A DNA stretch of 64,000 bases from Geopsychrobacteraceae bacterium (GTDB lineage: Bacteria; Desulfobacterota; Desulfuromonadia; Desulfuromonadales; Geopsychrobacteraceae), in assembly GCA_963676795.2 (NCBI GenBank), contig CAXXTB010000002.1:1568001-1632000 (forward strand). The letters run 5' to 3'. Positions 30,762 to 40,540 of the stretch are shown here, piece after piece. The notes under the pieces are model-generated. The model was not told the DNA's origin, ran no database searches, and was given only the letters and a program-made list of their open reading frames with translations. Numbering within the stretch: position 1 is the first letter of the stretch; each line of letters opens with the position of its first letter. Made by a program: the position numbers and the translations under genes.

Positions 30762-31226
30762 TCAGTTCAGGCACTTTTCTTTTATCATCCATATTGAAAG
30801 ACTTTGTCTGACGCTCAATGAGTTTCATGTTGATTGGTGGATTCTTTTTCAGGACCTGCTTGACCTTCATTTCTGGCTGACCGGTAATCAAACGGCAGTT
30901 TTTACTGATAGGTAATCGTAGGCAACGGTATCGTTTTTAAAACGGGCAAGCTTGTTGTCCAGATCGACCGCGACCAATGCATCCAGAACTACGGTTGTGT
31001 TATCCTGATGGCGCAAGATGCGCCGTATCGGCGCTGCAATATCCGCTGGCGACAGAACAGCTGTGGCGACCTGATAAAGGAGAGGTTGAAACAGGTGATA
31101 GTTATTTCGATCAGCAAGAGTAATGTCTGCGACGCTTCGCTTCAGGCCGTGTGCGCAGGCCAGGCCCGCAAAACCACCTCCAACAATAACGACTTTTGGC
31201 GTTGATGATCTGTCTGTCGATTTCAT
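30762..31226 (-). pseudogene. ndh: type II NADH dehydrogenase (NDH-2) with large internal deletion and frameshift
   Basis: N-terminus VVIVGGGFAG, DRNNYHLFQPLLYQVATA..YDYL then a stop. An adjacent frame continues ..CRLITGQP.., resembling the NDH-2 C-terminal RLITG motif. Confidence 0.8.
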
Positions 31227-31470
31227 GCTGCCTCCAGAGATCTGATCGGAATTATATAATTACCTGATTGTTTATAAATTAGCCGGTGGGCATGGTTCAT
31301 GACAATCCCGGAGCCCAAACATATTTTTTGTGCATTTGTCATTAATCTGGACTCGTAAACAAGGAATGCGCTAATCTTTTGAGACCGCACACAATGAAGT
31401 CTGCATTTTTGTCCCAAAAGCTGTCAGACTTCATCCAAAGCTTTCAGCTAATTTCCGAAAGCCATCTACC

Positions 31471-33435
31471 ATGCACCAGACTCAAAAAATTGTTACCACC
31501 TGCACCCGGGATTGCCCCAATACATGCGGGCTGATCGCAACAGTCAATAACGGGCGACTGGTCTCTCTCAAAGGCTCAGCAGCCCATCCGCTGACCCGTG
31601 GACTTGCCTGTCATAAAACGACGAGATATATCGAGCGTGTCTACAGCGAAGAGCGTGTCATCTACCCGCTAAAGCGTAACGGTGAAAACTGGGAAAGGGT
31701 GACCTGGGACGCAGCTCTGAAGGCAATTGCCCAGAAGTTGAAGCAGGTTAAAGAAGAGGATGGTCCGGAAGCTGTTCTCTATTATCAGGGTTATGGCGAG
31801 CGGACAGCCCTGAAGTTGCTCAATCGATATTTCTTTAATCTCTATGGCGGAGTCACAACCCTGCGCGGCTCTCTGTGCGGCGGGACAGGGCAGGCTGCCC
31901 AGAATCTGGATTTCGGCTCACGTATTTCCCACGATCCGCTCGATCATTATAACTCTCAGAATATGATTCTCTGGGGGCGCAATCCCGCATCGACAAATAT
32001 CTCGCTGGTGCCGATCATCCAACTGATCAAAGAAAACGGTGGGCAGGTCATAGTCGTCGATCCGGTGAAGACCAGATCGGCAAAGCTCGCTACGCATCAT
32101 ATCTCACCGGCTCCCGGTCAGGACTTTTATCTGTCTCTTGCTGTCGCAAAACTTATCATGGCCAGCGGCAAGGAAGACCGCCGATTTATCGAAAATCACA
32201 CCAGTGGTTTTGCTGACTTTTTGACTCTTCTGGACCGTTACACCAGCGATGAACTGTGCCGCAGGGCTGATGTCCCTTTGCGAGATGCTGAACTTCTGGC
32301 ATCTTTGCTGGTTGAGGATCGGCCAACCTCAATCCTGCTTGGTTGGGGTTTGCATCGCCATGTCAATGCCCATTTCGGCATCCGTGCCATCGATGCAATA
32401 AGCGCTTTAAGTGGCAATATCGGCGTTGCTGGAGGTGGTGTCAGTCAGGGGTTTGAAGAGTATGGACCCTATGCCCCGCAATACTGGGGGGATCAGCTCA
32501 ATGGTCCACGCAGGACATTGTTAATGTCCGAACTGGCCCGGGAGCTGTCGAGTGCGCTGAATCCTAAAATCCGCATGGCGATGATCAGTGCAGGCAACCC
32601 GGTCTGCATGGCTCCGGATTCTGTTGCCGTTGCTGCGGCGTTGAAACAGCTGGAATGTGTCATCTATTGCGGACATTTTCTGGATGATACAGCTGATGTC
32701 GCAGATTTTTTCCTGCCAGCGACAACCTTTCTCGAAGAAAACGATGTCATGGCCAGCTACGGCCACAATTACGTTGGACCCGTCAATCGGGCAATTGAGC
32801 CGATAGGCGAGTGTAAAAGCGATTTCGAGGTTTTCGCCGACCTGGCAAAGCACTTTGATTTTGCCGACCAGTACTGCCTTGCTGCTGAGGCCTGGCTGGA
32901 CCGGATCTGTGCGCCGATTAAACAGGCCGGGTGCAGTCTTGAACAGCTCAGACAGGGGCCTTATCGCATGCCGCAGCCGCTGGCTCCTTATCTGGATCGT
33001 GCCTTTCCGACTGAATCGGGTCATTTTGAATTTTTACGTAGCGGCCCGGGGGAGGAGTATGGAACAATAGACCATTGTTATCCTTTCACTTTTCTGACTA
33101 TTGCTCCTCATGATCATATCTGCTCCGAAAGGTCTCTCAAAGAGCACGCATCGCTTCCTGAAGTCAGAATGAACGATCTGCAGGCTACTGAGCTAGGATT
33201 ACAAAACGGTCAGGAGGTATATGTGGCAAGTATTCAAGGGGAATTGGCAATGAGTCTCAAGGTCGATTCCGCTGTTCGTCGAGATTGTCTGGTTTGTGAA
33301 CGCGGTGGCTGGATAAAGGCCGGGCATGGCGTCAACCAACTTTGTCTGCCTCTGACCAGTACGATCGGGAGTGGTACCTCTTACTACAGTACACAGGTTA
33401 ACATCAGGTCTGCTGTTACCTGCCTGCAGCCCTGA
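31471..33435 (+). CDS. molybdopterin (bis-MGD) oxidoreductase, cytoplasmic, N-terminal [4Fe-4S]
   Basis: CTRDCPNTC..C, ILWGRNP and ADFFLPATTFLE motifs. No Tat signal. Confidence 0.9.
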   Translation: MHQTQKIVTTCTRDCPNTCGLIATVNNGRLVSLKGSAAHPLTRGLACHKTTRYIERVYSEERVIYPLKRNGENWERVTWDAALKAIAQKLKQVKEEDGPEAVLYYQGYGERTALKLLNRYFFNLYGGVTTLRGSLCGGTGQAAQNLDFGSRISHDPLDHYNSQNMILWGRNPASTNISLVPIIQLIKENGGQVIVVDPVKTRSAKLATHHISPAPGQDFYLSLAVAKLIMASGKEDRRFIENHTSGFADFLTLLDRYTSDELCRRADVPLRDAELLASLLVEDRPTSILLGWGLHRHVNAHFGIRAIDAISALSGNIGVAGGGVSQGFEEYGPYAPQYWGDQLNGPRRTLLMSELARELSSALNPKIRMAMISAGNPVCMAPDSVAVAAALKQLECVIYCGHFLDDTADVADFFLPATTFLEENDVMASYGHNYVGPVNRAIEPIGECKSDFEVFADLAKHFDFADQYCLAAEAWLDRICAPIKQAGCSLEQLRQGPYRMPQPLAPYLDRAFPTESGHFEFLRSGPGEEYGTIDHCYPFTFLTIAPHDHICSERSLKEHASLPEVRMNDLQATELGLQNGQEVYVASIQGELAMSLKVDSAVRRDCLVCERGGWIKAGHGVNQLCLPLTSTIGSGTSYYSTQVNIRSAVTCLQP

Positions 33436-33455
33436 TGTTGAGAAAGAGTCGTTGA

Positions 33456-33899
33456 TCAACCCGGCTGATTCAGGTTTTTGGATATTTTTCTGACAAGCGT
33501 CTTCAGCAGTTCAATCTCGTCATCGGAGATCCCCTTGCTCATTCTCTGGATATTTCCCTTGGCCAGGGGGATGAGTGTCTTCTGCAGCATTCTGCCTGCA
33601 ACGGTCAGATAAACGCAATTATAGCGCGCATCAGTCGGATGGGTTTCACGTAAGACAAGCCCTTGTTTTTCAAGCTTTTTAAGAAGGTTCATGGTCGATA
33701 CTTTACTTCGGCCATAACGATCTGCAAGAACCTGCTGGGAAATGCCGTCTTCATGTCCGAGGTAAACCAGGATATTCCACTGTTCCTGGGTAATGTCGAA
33801 CCCGGCATTCAAGAAAGTGGCGTTCAGGCTTTCACGCATGAACTTGACACAATTGGCCATCAACATGGGCAATGATTCTTCAATATCGTATTTTGTCAC
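33456..33899 (-). CDS. MarR-family transcriptional regulator (paralog 1)
   Basis: ITQEQW.IL..L...DGISQ..LA, LEKQGLV.R....D.R...VYLT..GR. GTG start. Confidence 0.92.
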   Translation of the reverse strand: MTKYDIEESLPMLMANCVKFMRESLNATFLNAGFDITQEQWNILVYLGHEDGISQQVLADRYGRSKVSTMNLLKKLEKQGLVLRETHPTDARYNCVYLTVAGRMLQKTLIPLAKGNIQRMSKGISDDEIELLKTLVRKISKNLNQPG

Positions 33900-34147
33900 G
33901 TCAACCTTCTTAAATTTTCTTTAATGGAACTGTAAACAATGAGCTGATTAACTCATAAACCACTATTTCTGTCAATTATAACATTACATAGTGAAATGCA
34001 ATTTCTTATAAAGAAACAAATATGGGAAAATTTCTTGAAATATGCCGAGCTCAGAACCATTTAGATGCCTGTCCAGCTATTTTGACGTCCTATATAAGTC
34101 TACATCTTTTTGGGCTAAATCTTTGTTTGCACTTAAATTTTAATGAA

Positions 34148-34316
34148 CTAGGAGGCTGTCGGACTTTACATGAATCTGCTGCAAAATTATCTGATTGGTC
34201 CATATTTCCGACCCTTTTCGACAAATAGCTACGGCTATTTGCTCTCAAACGGTCGAAAGTCTGACCTCAACCAGCTGATTTTACGCAACGATCCGCAAAG
34301 CCCGACAGTCTCCTGG
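34148..34316. mobile_element. ~170-bp MITE-like element
   Basis: Terminal inverted repeats CTAGGAGGCTGTCGGACTTT / AAAGCCCGACAGTCTCCTGG (17/20). Internal hairpin CAAATAGC-TACG-GCTATTTG. No transposase. Confidence 0.7.
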
Positions 34317-34364
34317 GCAGCAACAGACACTGTCTTATCGTGATGCGAGATCACTGCAGATGAG

Positions 34365-34407
34365 ATCATCACCTTGTAAGATACTTGGGAGCTTACAAGG
34401 TGATGAT
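34365..34407 (-). terminator. stem-loop downstream of hydrogenase operon
   Basis: Perfect 16-bp inverted repeat ATCATCACCTTGTAAG...CTTACAAGGTGATGAT. Confidence 0.7.
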
Positions 34408-34432
34408 TAGGTTTAGAGGGGTGATTAATCTG

Positions 34433-34981
34433 TTAAATACAGCCAAGTGGTAAGGTAGCGGGTGTTGATCGTGATGGTTTTTGTGGTTCCATGTTGATCT
34501 TGTAATAGCTTAAACGTGATGCCAGCAGCTTAAGCATCTCAGTCATCTTGGCAGATAAGGTTGGCGTCAACTCCAGACCTGTTTCAAGGCTTTCAGGCGT
34601 AACAGACAGAAGTTCAATAAACTCAGGCGTTCTGCCGGAGAGTCCACCGATATCTATAATTTCCAGCAAACCGACTTGATGAGGAGACATCCTTGTCTGA
34701 ATGATTCCAGCCTGCAGGTCTTCTTTGCTGTGGAAATGAATCGTTCCGGGTGCATCATCACAGTCGATCACATCAACGACTAATAGAATGTCGCACTGTT
34801 CAACAAAAGAGCTCAGCATGATACCTGCAGTTCCTCCATCATGGAGAAGAACATTGTCAGGGAACTGGTACTGCTGCTGCAGCAGATTGACAAAATGGAT
34901 ACCGAAGCCTTCATCGCTGAGCAGAACGTTCCCAACACCGAGAATACCGATGATTGGTTTTAATCTTTCACTTTGCATCAT
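34433..34981 (-). CDS. hybD: hydrogenase maturation endopeptidase (HybD/HyaD family)
   Basis: ILGVGNVLLSDEGFG, DGGT and SPHQ motifs. Confidence 0.92.
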   Translation of the reverse strand: MMQSERLKPIIGILGVGNVLLSDEGFGIHFVNLLQQQYQFPDNVLLHDGGTAGIMLSSFVEQCDILLVVDVIDCDDAPGTIHFHSKEDLQAGIIQTRMSPHQVGLLEIIDIGGLSGRTPEFIELLSVTPESLETGLELTPTLSAKMTEMLKLLASRLSYYKINMEPQKPSRSTPATLPLGCI

Positions 34982-35001
34982 AATTTTACTCCTTCACGTG
35001 T

Positions 35002-35037
35002 AAAAGCAGGCTTTTGATTTCTCAGAAACCTGCTTTT
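35002..35037 (-). terminator. stem-loop between hydrogenase large subunit and protease genes
   Basis: AAAAGCAGG...CCTGCTTTT inverted repeat with a U-tail on the minus strand. Confidence 0.6.
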
Positions 35038-35044
35038 GCAACCC

Positions 35045-36748
35045 TTATCCAACCTTGATACGGGAAATTTCTTTTCCCTGCGGATTAATCATATGAACGG
35101 CACAAGCCATACAGGGGTCGAAGGAGTGGATCGTGCGTAGAAGCTCAAGCGGCTGTTCCGGATTGGCAACAGGAGTACCGATCAGGCAATGTTCATAATA
35201 GCCTGGTTCTTCATTGGCACCGCGTGGGCATGACAGCCAGGTTGAGGGGACAACCGCCTGGTAGTTTCTGATCTTGCCGTTTTCAATGACAATCCAATGA
35301 GACAGCGTTCCGCGCGGAGCTTCATGGAAGCCGACACCGCGGATTTCACCTTCCGGGAAAACCGGTTGATTGAAGGTCGTGAAGTCACCACTGTTGATAT
35401 TGTGAATCAGACTATCCCATTGATCGAGCATGGCCTCCTGGACAACTGCGGCTCTGATGCAACGAGCAACGTGACGTCCCATGGTCGATGGCAGAATATC
35501 GAGGCCATGACGGGTCCGGCCGATTGAATTAATGGAATCGAGCATCTGGTTGGCATACTTCACCGTTGGCGCATGCTTGGCGGCGTACATGGCCAATACG
35601 TTGGCGACCGGACCGACCTCGGCGGGTTTGTTCATGAAACTCGGAGCTTTGACCCAGGAGTATTTGTCTTCGCCTTCAGCACCTGGATATTTCGGTTCGG
35701 TTTCTTCGACGTATGGGTGACGATTCCAATCCCCTTTGTAAAAAGAGTGTTTGATGCTTTCCTTGACGTTCTCGGTAAAGAAGGGGTCGCCAAAAGAACT
35801 GATCTGGCGCAAGGTGCTGAGATCGCTGTCTGTGATATAACCGCCCGGCAACGCAAAGCTCTTGCCGGCACTATCCAGCGGCATCTCAGGAACCGACAGA
35901 TAGGTACCGTCACCTTTGCCGTATTTGCACCATTCCGGATAAAAAGCTCCGATAGCAGCGACATCCGCCATATAGACCTGATGGATGAAATCTTTAACTT
36001 CATGCATCAGGCTGACTACATAAGAGAGGCGCTCCATGGTCAGGGTTGCCGGGCTGTCCAGATTAATCGGATTCGCGACACCGCCAACGGCCAGGTTCTG
36101 GATATGCGGTGTCTTGGCTCCCAGGATGGTGACGACCTTGTTGATTTTCCTTTGGTATTCCAGGGCCTGGAAATAATGGACTGCAGCGATCAGATTGACA
36201 TCAGGGGGCAGCTTCATCTCCTTGTGCCCCCAGTAACCGCTGGAGAAGGGTCCAAGCTGCCCGCTCTCGATCAGCTTTTTCAGCTTATCCTGAACTTCCT
36301 TGAACTCCTGGGCCGAGTTGCGTTTCCAGGGGGAGAGCTTCTGAGCTAGAGCTGCGGCTGATTTCGGATCTGCCTTCAGGGCAGCGGAGGCGATATCGAC
36401 CCAGTCGACAGCCGAGAGGATATAGAAGTGGATGATATGGTCCGCCAGGCAGTGAGCCCCGACAATCATGTTGCGGATATACTGCGCGTTGACCGGTACT
36501 TCGAGCCCCAGGGCATTTTCCACGCTGCGCACAGATGCCATGGCATGGACGGTGGTACAGACACCACAGATCCGCTGGGTGATCAGCCAGGCTTCCCGAG
36601 GGTCGCGGCCTTTCAAGATGGTCTCAATACCTCGCCACATGGTCCCGATTGAACGGGCATCGGTAATCATTCCGTTTTCAATATCACACTCAATACGCAG
36701 GTGTCCTTCAATACGGGTCACCGGATCTACGACAATTTTCTTCGACAT
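35045..36748 (-). CDS. hybC: [NiFe] hydrogenase large subunit, Hyd-2/Hyb type
   Basis: DPVTRIEGH, L1 RICGVCTTVH and L2 FDPCMACAVH, followed by a cleavable C-terminal tail. Confidence 0.96.
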   Translation of the reverse strand: MSKKIVVDPVTRIEGHLRIECDIENGMITDARSIGTMWRGIETILKGRDPREAWLITQRICGVCTTVHAMASVRSVENALGLEVPVNAQYIRNMIVGAHCLADHIIHFYILSAVDWVDIASAALKADPKSAAALAQKLSPWKRNSAQEFKEVQDKLKKLIESGQLGPFSSGYWGHKEMKLPPDVNLIAAVHYFQALEYQRKINKVVTILGAKTPHIQNLAVGGVANPINLDSPATLTMERLSYVVSLMHEVKDFIHQVYMADVAAIGAFYPEWCKYGKGDGTYLSVPEMPLDSAGKSFALPGGYITDSDLSTLRQISSFGDPFFTENVKESIKHSFYKGDWNRHPYVEETEPKYPGAEGEDKYSWVKAPSFMNKPAEVGPVANVLAMYAAKHAPTVKYANQMLDSINSIGRTRHGLDILPSTMGRHVARCIRAAVVQEAMLDQWDSLIHNINSGDFTTFNQPVFPEGEIRGVGFHEAPRGTLSHWIVIENGKIRNYQAVVPSTWLSCPRGANEEPGYYEHCLIGTPVANPEQPLELLRTIHSFDPCMACAVHMINPQGKEISRIKVG

Positions 36749-36795
36749 ATTCTCTCTCCAGACGAGCTAGCCAGGATGAACTACTCTGGTTATCT

Positions 36796-38016
36796 TTATT
36801 TAGTAGAAATCGATTTATTTAAGTCAGTTATGACGCAAACATTGGAAATCGCTGCTTCTGTTTCCTTAGGCTCTGGGTCATGGCTGTGAACCGTAAAAAC
36901 CGGGAACAGTTTGACGAACAGGATATAGGCGGCAATTTCAAAGGCAATCAGTCCATAGGTGATCAGTTGTTCCTGTACCGATGGAAAGTATTTCCACCCC
37001 GTTCCTGGATCAAAACCGATGATGTAGGTATTGAATCGAAACAGACCACCGCCGACCAGAATGGCAACCGCCCCGAGAAACAGCATGCGCGGTCTCATTC
37101 TGTTTTTTGCACTCGCCAGAATCACCAGGCCAATGATCAACGCGAGGTTCTCCAGCAGAAACATGTTGCCTAAGAAACTGCCGGAAAAGGCTTCGCTTAA
37201 TTCACCGCGCATAAAGACATTGTGCAAACGAACGATCAGATAGAAACCGAGGACCCAGACCATGATTCGGGCGATCTTAGCCAACATCGAAGTCTCGTCA
37301 CCCAGGTGGTAGACCCGTGAGGTAATGCTCGCTTCGAAGATAACAATGGCAAATCCCATGAATACGGCGGTCAGCAAAAAGAGCAGTGGCAGCATACTGG
37401 TATGCCAGAGCGGCGAGAGCTTGTAACCGGCCATAAGCATCATGGTTCCCAAGGAAGATTGATGCATGGTCGGCAGCAGTACGCCTAAGGCGATCAGGGC
37501 AAAAATGGTTTTATCCAGAATCTTGCCGATGCGTTTGAGCTTGAAGCGCACAACAAAGGCCGGCGAAAATTCCAGAAACAGAACGAAGATATAGGTCCCG
37601 ATGCACATTGCCACCTCGAAAAGAACCGAATGGAAGTTCATTTGCCATGGCAGGTAAAGGTTGTAAGCATTCAGATAGCGGCCGATATCCATAAAGACCG
37701 ACGCCCCGCCAAGGGCATAGCCGAACATCGATGCCAGCAGTGCCGGACGGACCAGTGGGTGGAATTCGCCCTTATTGAGGACATAGACCAGCAGAGCCAT
37801 CACGTAACCACCGCAGGCCAATGCGGTGCCGACGACAACATCGTAGGAGATCCATAGTCCCCAGGGAAATCCATCGTTGAGATTGGTGACCGAGCCGATG
37901 CCCAAAATAAAGCGTTTCCCGACCAGAACCAGGCCAATAAAAGCGATCAACAAGAAAAAGCAGAAGGCATGGGTGAAAATTTTTCCACCCAGAGGCTGTG
38001 CGTGATCATGGCTCAT
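36796..38016 (-). CDS. hybB: Hyb membrane anchor (NrfD/PsrC family)
   Basis: PWGLWI.YDV..GTALACGG and LPTMHQSSLG motifs, ~10 TM helices. Confidence 0.94.
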   Translation of the reverse strand: MSHDHAQPLGGKIFTHAFCFFLLIAFIGLVLVGKRFILGIGSVTNLNDGFPWGLWISYDVVVGTALACGGYVMALLVYVLNKGEFHPLVRPALLASMFGYALGGASVFMDIGRYLNAYNLYLPWQMNFHSVLFEVAMCIGTYIFVLFLEFSPAFVVRFKLKRIGKILDKTIFALIALGVLLPTMHQSSLGTMMLMAGYKLSPLWHTSMLPLLFLLTAVFMGFAIVIFEASITSRVYHLGDETSMLAKIARIMVWVLGFYLIVRLHNVFMRGELSEAFSGSFLGNMFLLENLALIIGLVILASAKNRMRPRMLFLGAVAILVGGGLFRFNTYIIGFDPGTGWKYFPSVQEQLITYGLIAFEIAAYILFVKLFPVFTVHSHDPEPKETEAAISNVCVITDLNKSISTK

Positions 38017-39023
38017 GACATCCCTCCCTCATTATTGCCGTTGGTTTCTTCTTGCGTCTGGGTTTGCTCTTCAGCGACAAGCCGCTTATTCCTCTTGACC
38101 ATAAACAGCAGTCCAAACAGAACAACCAGGGGATAAACCATCCCTTTATAGATGGCGTACTGAATCCCTGACGCTTTTGAGACGAACGATTCTTCCGGGA
38201 AACTGGGCAGACCAAGATGTTCAAAGGGGACACCCGCCATATAGACGACCTGGGTGCCGCCAAGTTCCTGACGGCCATAGACATGACGCTCATAGGTGGC
38301 GACAACATGACTTTGGCTCTGTGCAGACTGGATATGGCCTACCGGAAATTTTTGCATGGAGCCTGGTTTCATCTGCAGGCGTCGATTGGTTTCATCGCGG
38401 AGCTTTTCGACCGGGCCAAAGAGTGAGGCTCCGGTCGGACAAGCGCTGCAACAGGCGGAATAACTGCCGCCTTCAATCAGGTGATTGCACAGTTGGCATT
38501 TGACAATTTCCGGATAAGGATCATCCCACTCAAACTTGGGAATATTGTAAGGGCAGGCAACCTGACAATAACGACAGCCGATACAGGCATCCTTGTTATA
38601 GGTGACAATCCCGGTGTCCTGATCTTTGGTCAGGGCCGATGCCGGGCATGCAGTGACGCAAGACGGATCAACACAGTGCAGACACTGACGTTTGATAAAG
38701 GCATAGCCGTCTTCAACCTGGTCCTTATGTTCTGCGGTCCCGTTGCTATAGCATTTGATGATATTTAATGTTTCAGAACTCAAGTCATCAGGCTTATCCC
38801 ATGTTTGCTGACCACTCTTCATCTCCGCATCTTTGCCATTGGCTGCCTTGCAGGCAACCATACAGGCGTTACAACCAACGCAGAGGGTGGAATCGTAGAG
38901 GATGCCGAGGGCCTTGGGAGGCAGAGCCTGAATGGTCCGGGCATCAACATGCTTGCCATCAACCCCCAGAAGGGCCAGACTCCCGGCCGAAACCTTTAGG
39001 AAATCACGCCTTTTCATCGTCAT
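38013..39023 (-). CDS. hybA: Hyb 4x[4Fe-4S] ferredoxin subunit, Tat signal
   Basis: KRRDFLK, four Cys-cluster motifs and a C-terminal TM. RBS AAGGAG precedes 39023. Confidence 0.94.
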   Translation of the reverse strand: MTMKRRDFLKVSAGSLALLGVDGKHVDARTIQALPPKALGILYDSTLCVGCNACMVACKAANGKDAEMKSGQQTWDKPDDLSSETLNIIKCYSNGTAEHKDQVEDGYAFIKRQCLHCVDPSCVTACPASALTKDQDTGIVTYNKDACIGCRYCQVACPYNIPKFEWDDPYPEIVKCQLCNHLIEGGSYSACCSACPTGASLFGPVEKLRDETNRRLQMKPGSMQKFPVGHIQSAQSQSHVVATYERHVYGRQELGGTQVVYMAGVPFEHLGLPSFPEESFVSKASGIQYAIYKGMVYPLVVLFGLLFMVKRNKRLVAEEQTQTQEETNGNNEGGMS

Positions 39024-40128
39024 TCGTGCGCTCCTTTCCGCTGAGTTTGGAGGCAAAAACCGCCCCCGCACCAACAGCAGCACCGACCACACCGGCCATC
39101 ACAGAGGCAGAGGCCACAGACACGCCTTCGCCACGCTCCAGAGTGATTGGGGCGTGTGAAGCCGCAGGAGTCGCATGCAGAATCGGCGCCGTATCAAACT
39201 GCGGCATATGGAAGCCAACCCCCTGTTCCGTACAGCCATAGCAGGGGTGACCGATGGCGACCGGCCAGCACCCGGAACCGGCATCGCCGAATTGAAGGGT
39301 CGAGCAGTTGGCATGGGTCACTGGACCTTTACAGCCCAGGTAGTAAAGGCAGTGTCCCTGACGATGGCTGTCATCGCCGAATGCCCTGGCAAAACGACCG
39401 TTATCGAAATGAGGGCGACGCTCACAATGCTCGTGGATCAGCCTGCCATAGGCAAACTTGGGACGATTTTTGTCATCAAGGGCAGGTAATTTGTTGAAGG
39501 TCAGATAGTGAACGATTGTCGACAACAGGTTGTAGGGGTTGGGTGGACAGCCCGGAATTGTAACGACTGGTTTGTCGGTAACAATGTCAGGAACACCGAC
39601 GCAACCGGTCGGGTTCGGCCCCATTGCCGCGACACCGCCCCATGAGGCACAAGAGCCCATGGCGATGACGGCTCCGGCTTTACTGGCGACCTCTTTGACC
39701 ATATTAACAAAATTCTGTCCGGCGATTTTGCAGTATATTCCGTCATTTTTAGTCGGGATTGCGCCTTCAACAACCAGGACAAACTTGCCTTGATGGTCTT
39801 GAATAGCTTTTTGTAAAGCATGCTCGGCCTGATGTCCTGCGCCAGCGGAGAGTGTTTCATGGAAATCGAGAGAAATCTGATCAAAAATCAGTGATTCTAT
39901 GCTTGGATGCTCAGCGCGCAGCAGTGACATAGAGCAGCCGGTACACTCAGATCCATGCAGCCAGATAACAGGTGGTCGCTGAGGAGATGTGATGGCTTCG
40001 GCAATTTTGGGCGCCAATGTGGTAGGCAGAGCCATTGAGGCCGCCAGAACAGAGCAGTACTTCATGAAGTCCCGGCGGTTTATCCCTCGTATTTCTTTTC
40101 TCTCTTGACCGTTATTGTCATTATTCAT
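39004..40128 (-). CDS. hybO: [NiFe] hydrogenase small subunit, Tat signal
   Basis: NRRDFMK, ECTGC, GSCA.WGG, PGCPP and HC.RR.HF motifs, with a C-terminal anchor. Confidence 0.95.
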   Translation of the reverse strand: MNNDNNGQERKEIRGINRRDFMKYCSVLAASMALPTTLAPKIAEAITSPQRPPVIWLHGSECTGCSMSLLRAEHPSIESLIFDQISLDFHETLSAGAGHQAEHALQKAIQDHQGKFVLVVEGAIPTKNDGIYCKIAGQNFVNMVKEVASKAGAVIAMGSCASWGGVAAMGPNPTGCVGVPDIVTDKPVVTIPGCPPNPYNLLSTIVHYLTFNKLPALDDKNRPKFAYGRLIHEHCERRPHFDNGRFARAFGDDSHRQGHCLYYLGCKGPVTHANCSTLQFGDAGSGCWPVAIGHPCYGCTEQGVGFHMPQFDTAPILHATPAASHAPITLERGEGVSVASASVMAGVVGAAVGAGAVFASKLSGKERTNDDEKA

Positions 40129-40398
40129 TTTCAAAACAGCCCTTTCATCGCATTTAGTTAGGAGGTTAACTAAGAATTTAAATAATATAAATTGCCTGTT
40201 AAGGCGGTGTACGGAGATTTTTATAAATTATGAACTTAAGTGATGATGACGCGAGACACTTGGCAGAATTTGCGTAGAGTGACACTAACATCATTGGCAG
40301 GATCACATGCCACCAACCATGCTTATCTTTATTTATCGATACAATAAAATTTGGCTATAGTGACGAATTGTGATGTGTATCAGGTGATATCGCTTGTG

Positions 40399-40434
40399 CA
40401 GCGGACTCTTATTTCTTCACATAAGAGTCCGCTG
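40399..40434 (-). terminator. stem-loop downstream of transhydroxylase-like operon
   Basis: Perfect 14-bp inverted repeat CAGCGGACTCTTAT...ATAAGAGTCCGCTG. Confidence 0.65.
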
Positions 40435-40487
40435 TCTTGCGTATCTGAAATTACAAAGTTTGTTGCAAAAGAATAAGTTAATACATC

Positions 40488-40536
40488 ACAATGTAATCAG
40501 TTCATCAACAATGTAATCAGTTCATCAACAATGTAA
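40488..40536. repeat. 20-bp tandem repeat (~2.5 copies)
   Basis: ACAATGTAATCAGTTCATCA x2 plus ACAATGTAA. Confidence 0.9.
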
Positions 40537-40540
40537 AACA

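Noticed and set aside
35045..40128. [NiFeSe] or O2-tolerant hydrogenase
   Set aside because: The L2 motif is DPCMAC (Cys, no in-frame TGA) and the small subunit has ECTGC rather than CTCC.
40295..40312. sigma54 promoter for hyb (minus strand TGGCATGTGATCCTGC)
   Set aside because: The GG-to-GC spacing is 11 nt instead of the required 10.
40488..40536. Possible CRISPR array
   Set aside because: The repeats are directly adjacent with no spacers, and there are no cas genes in the window.
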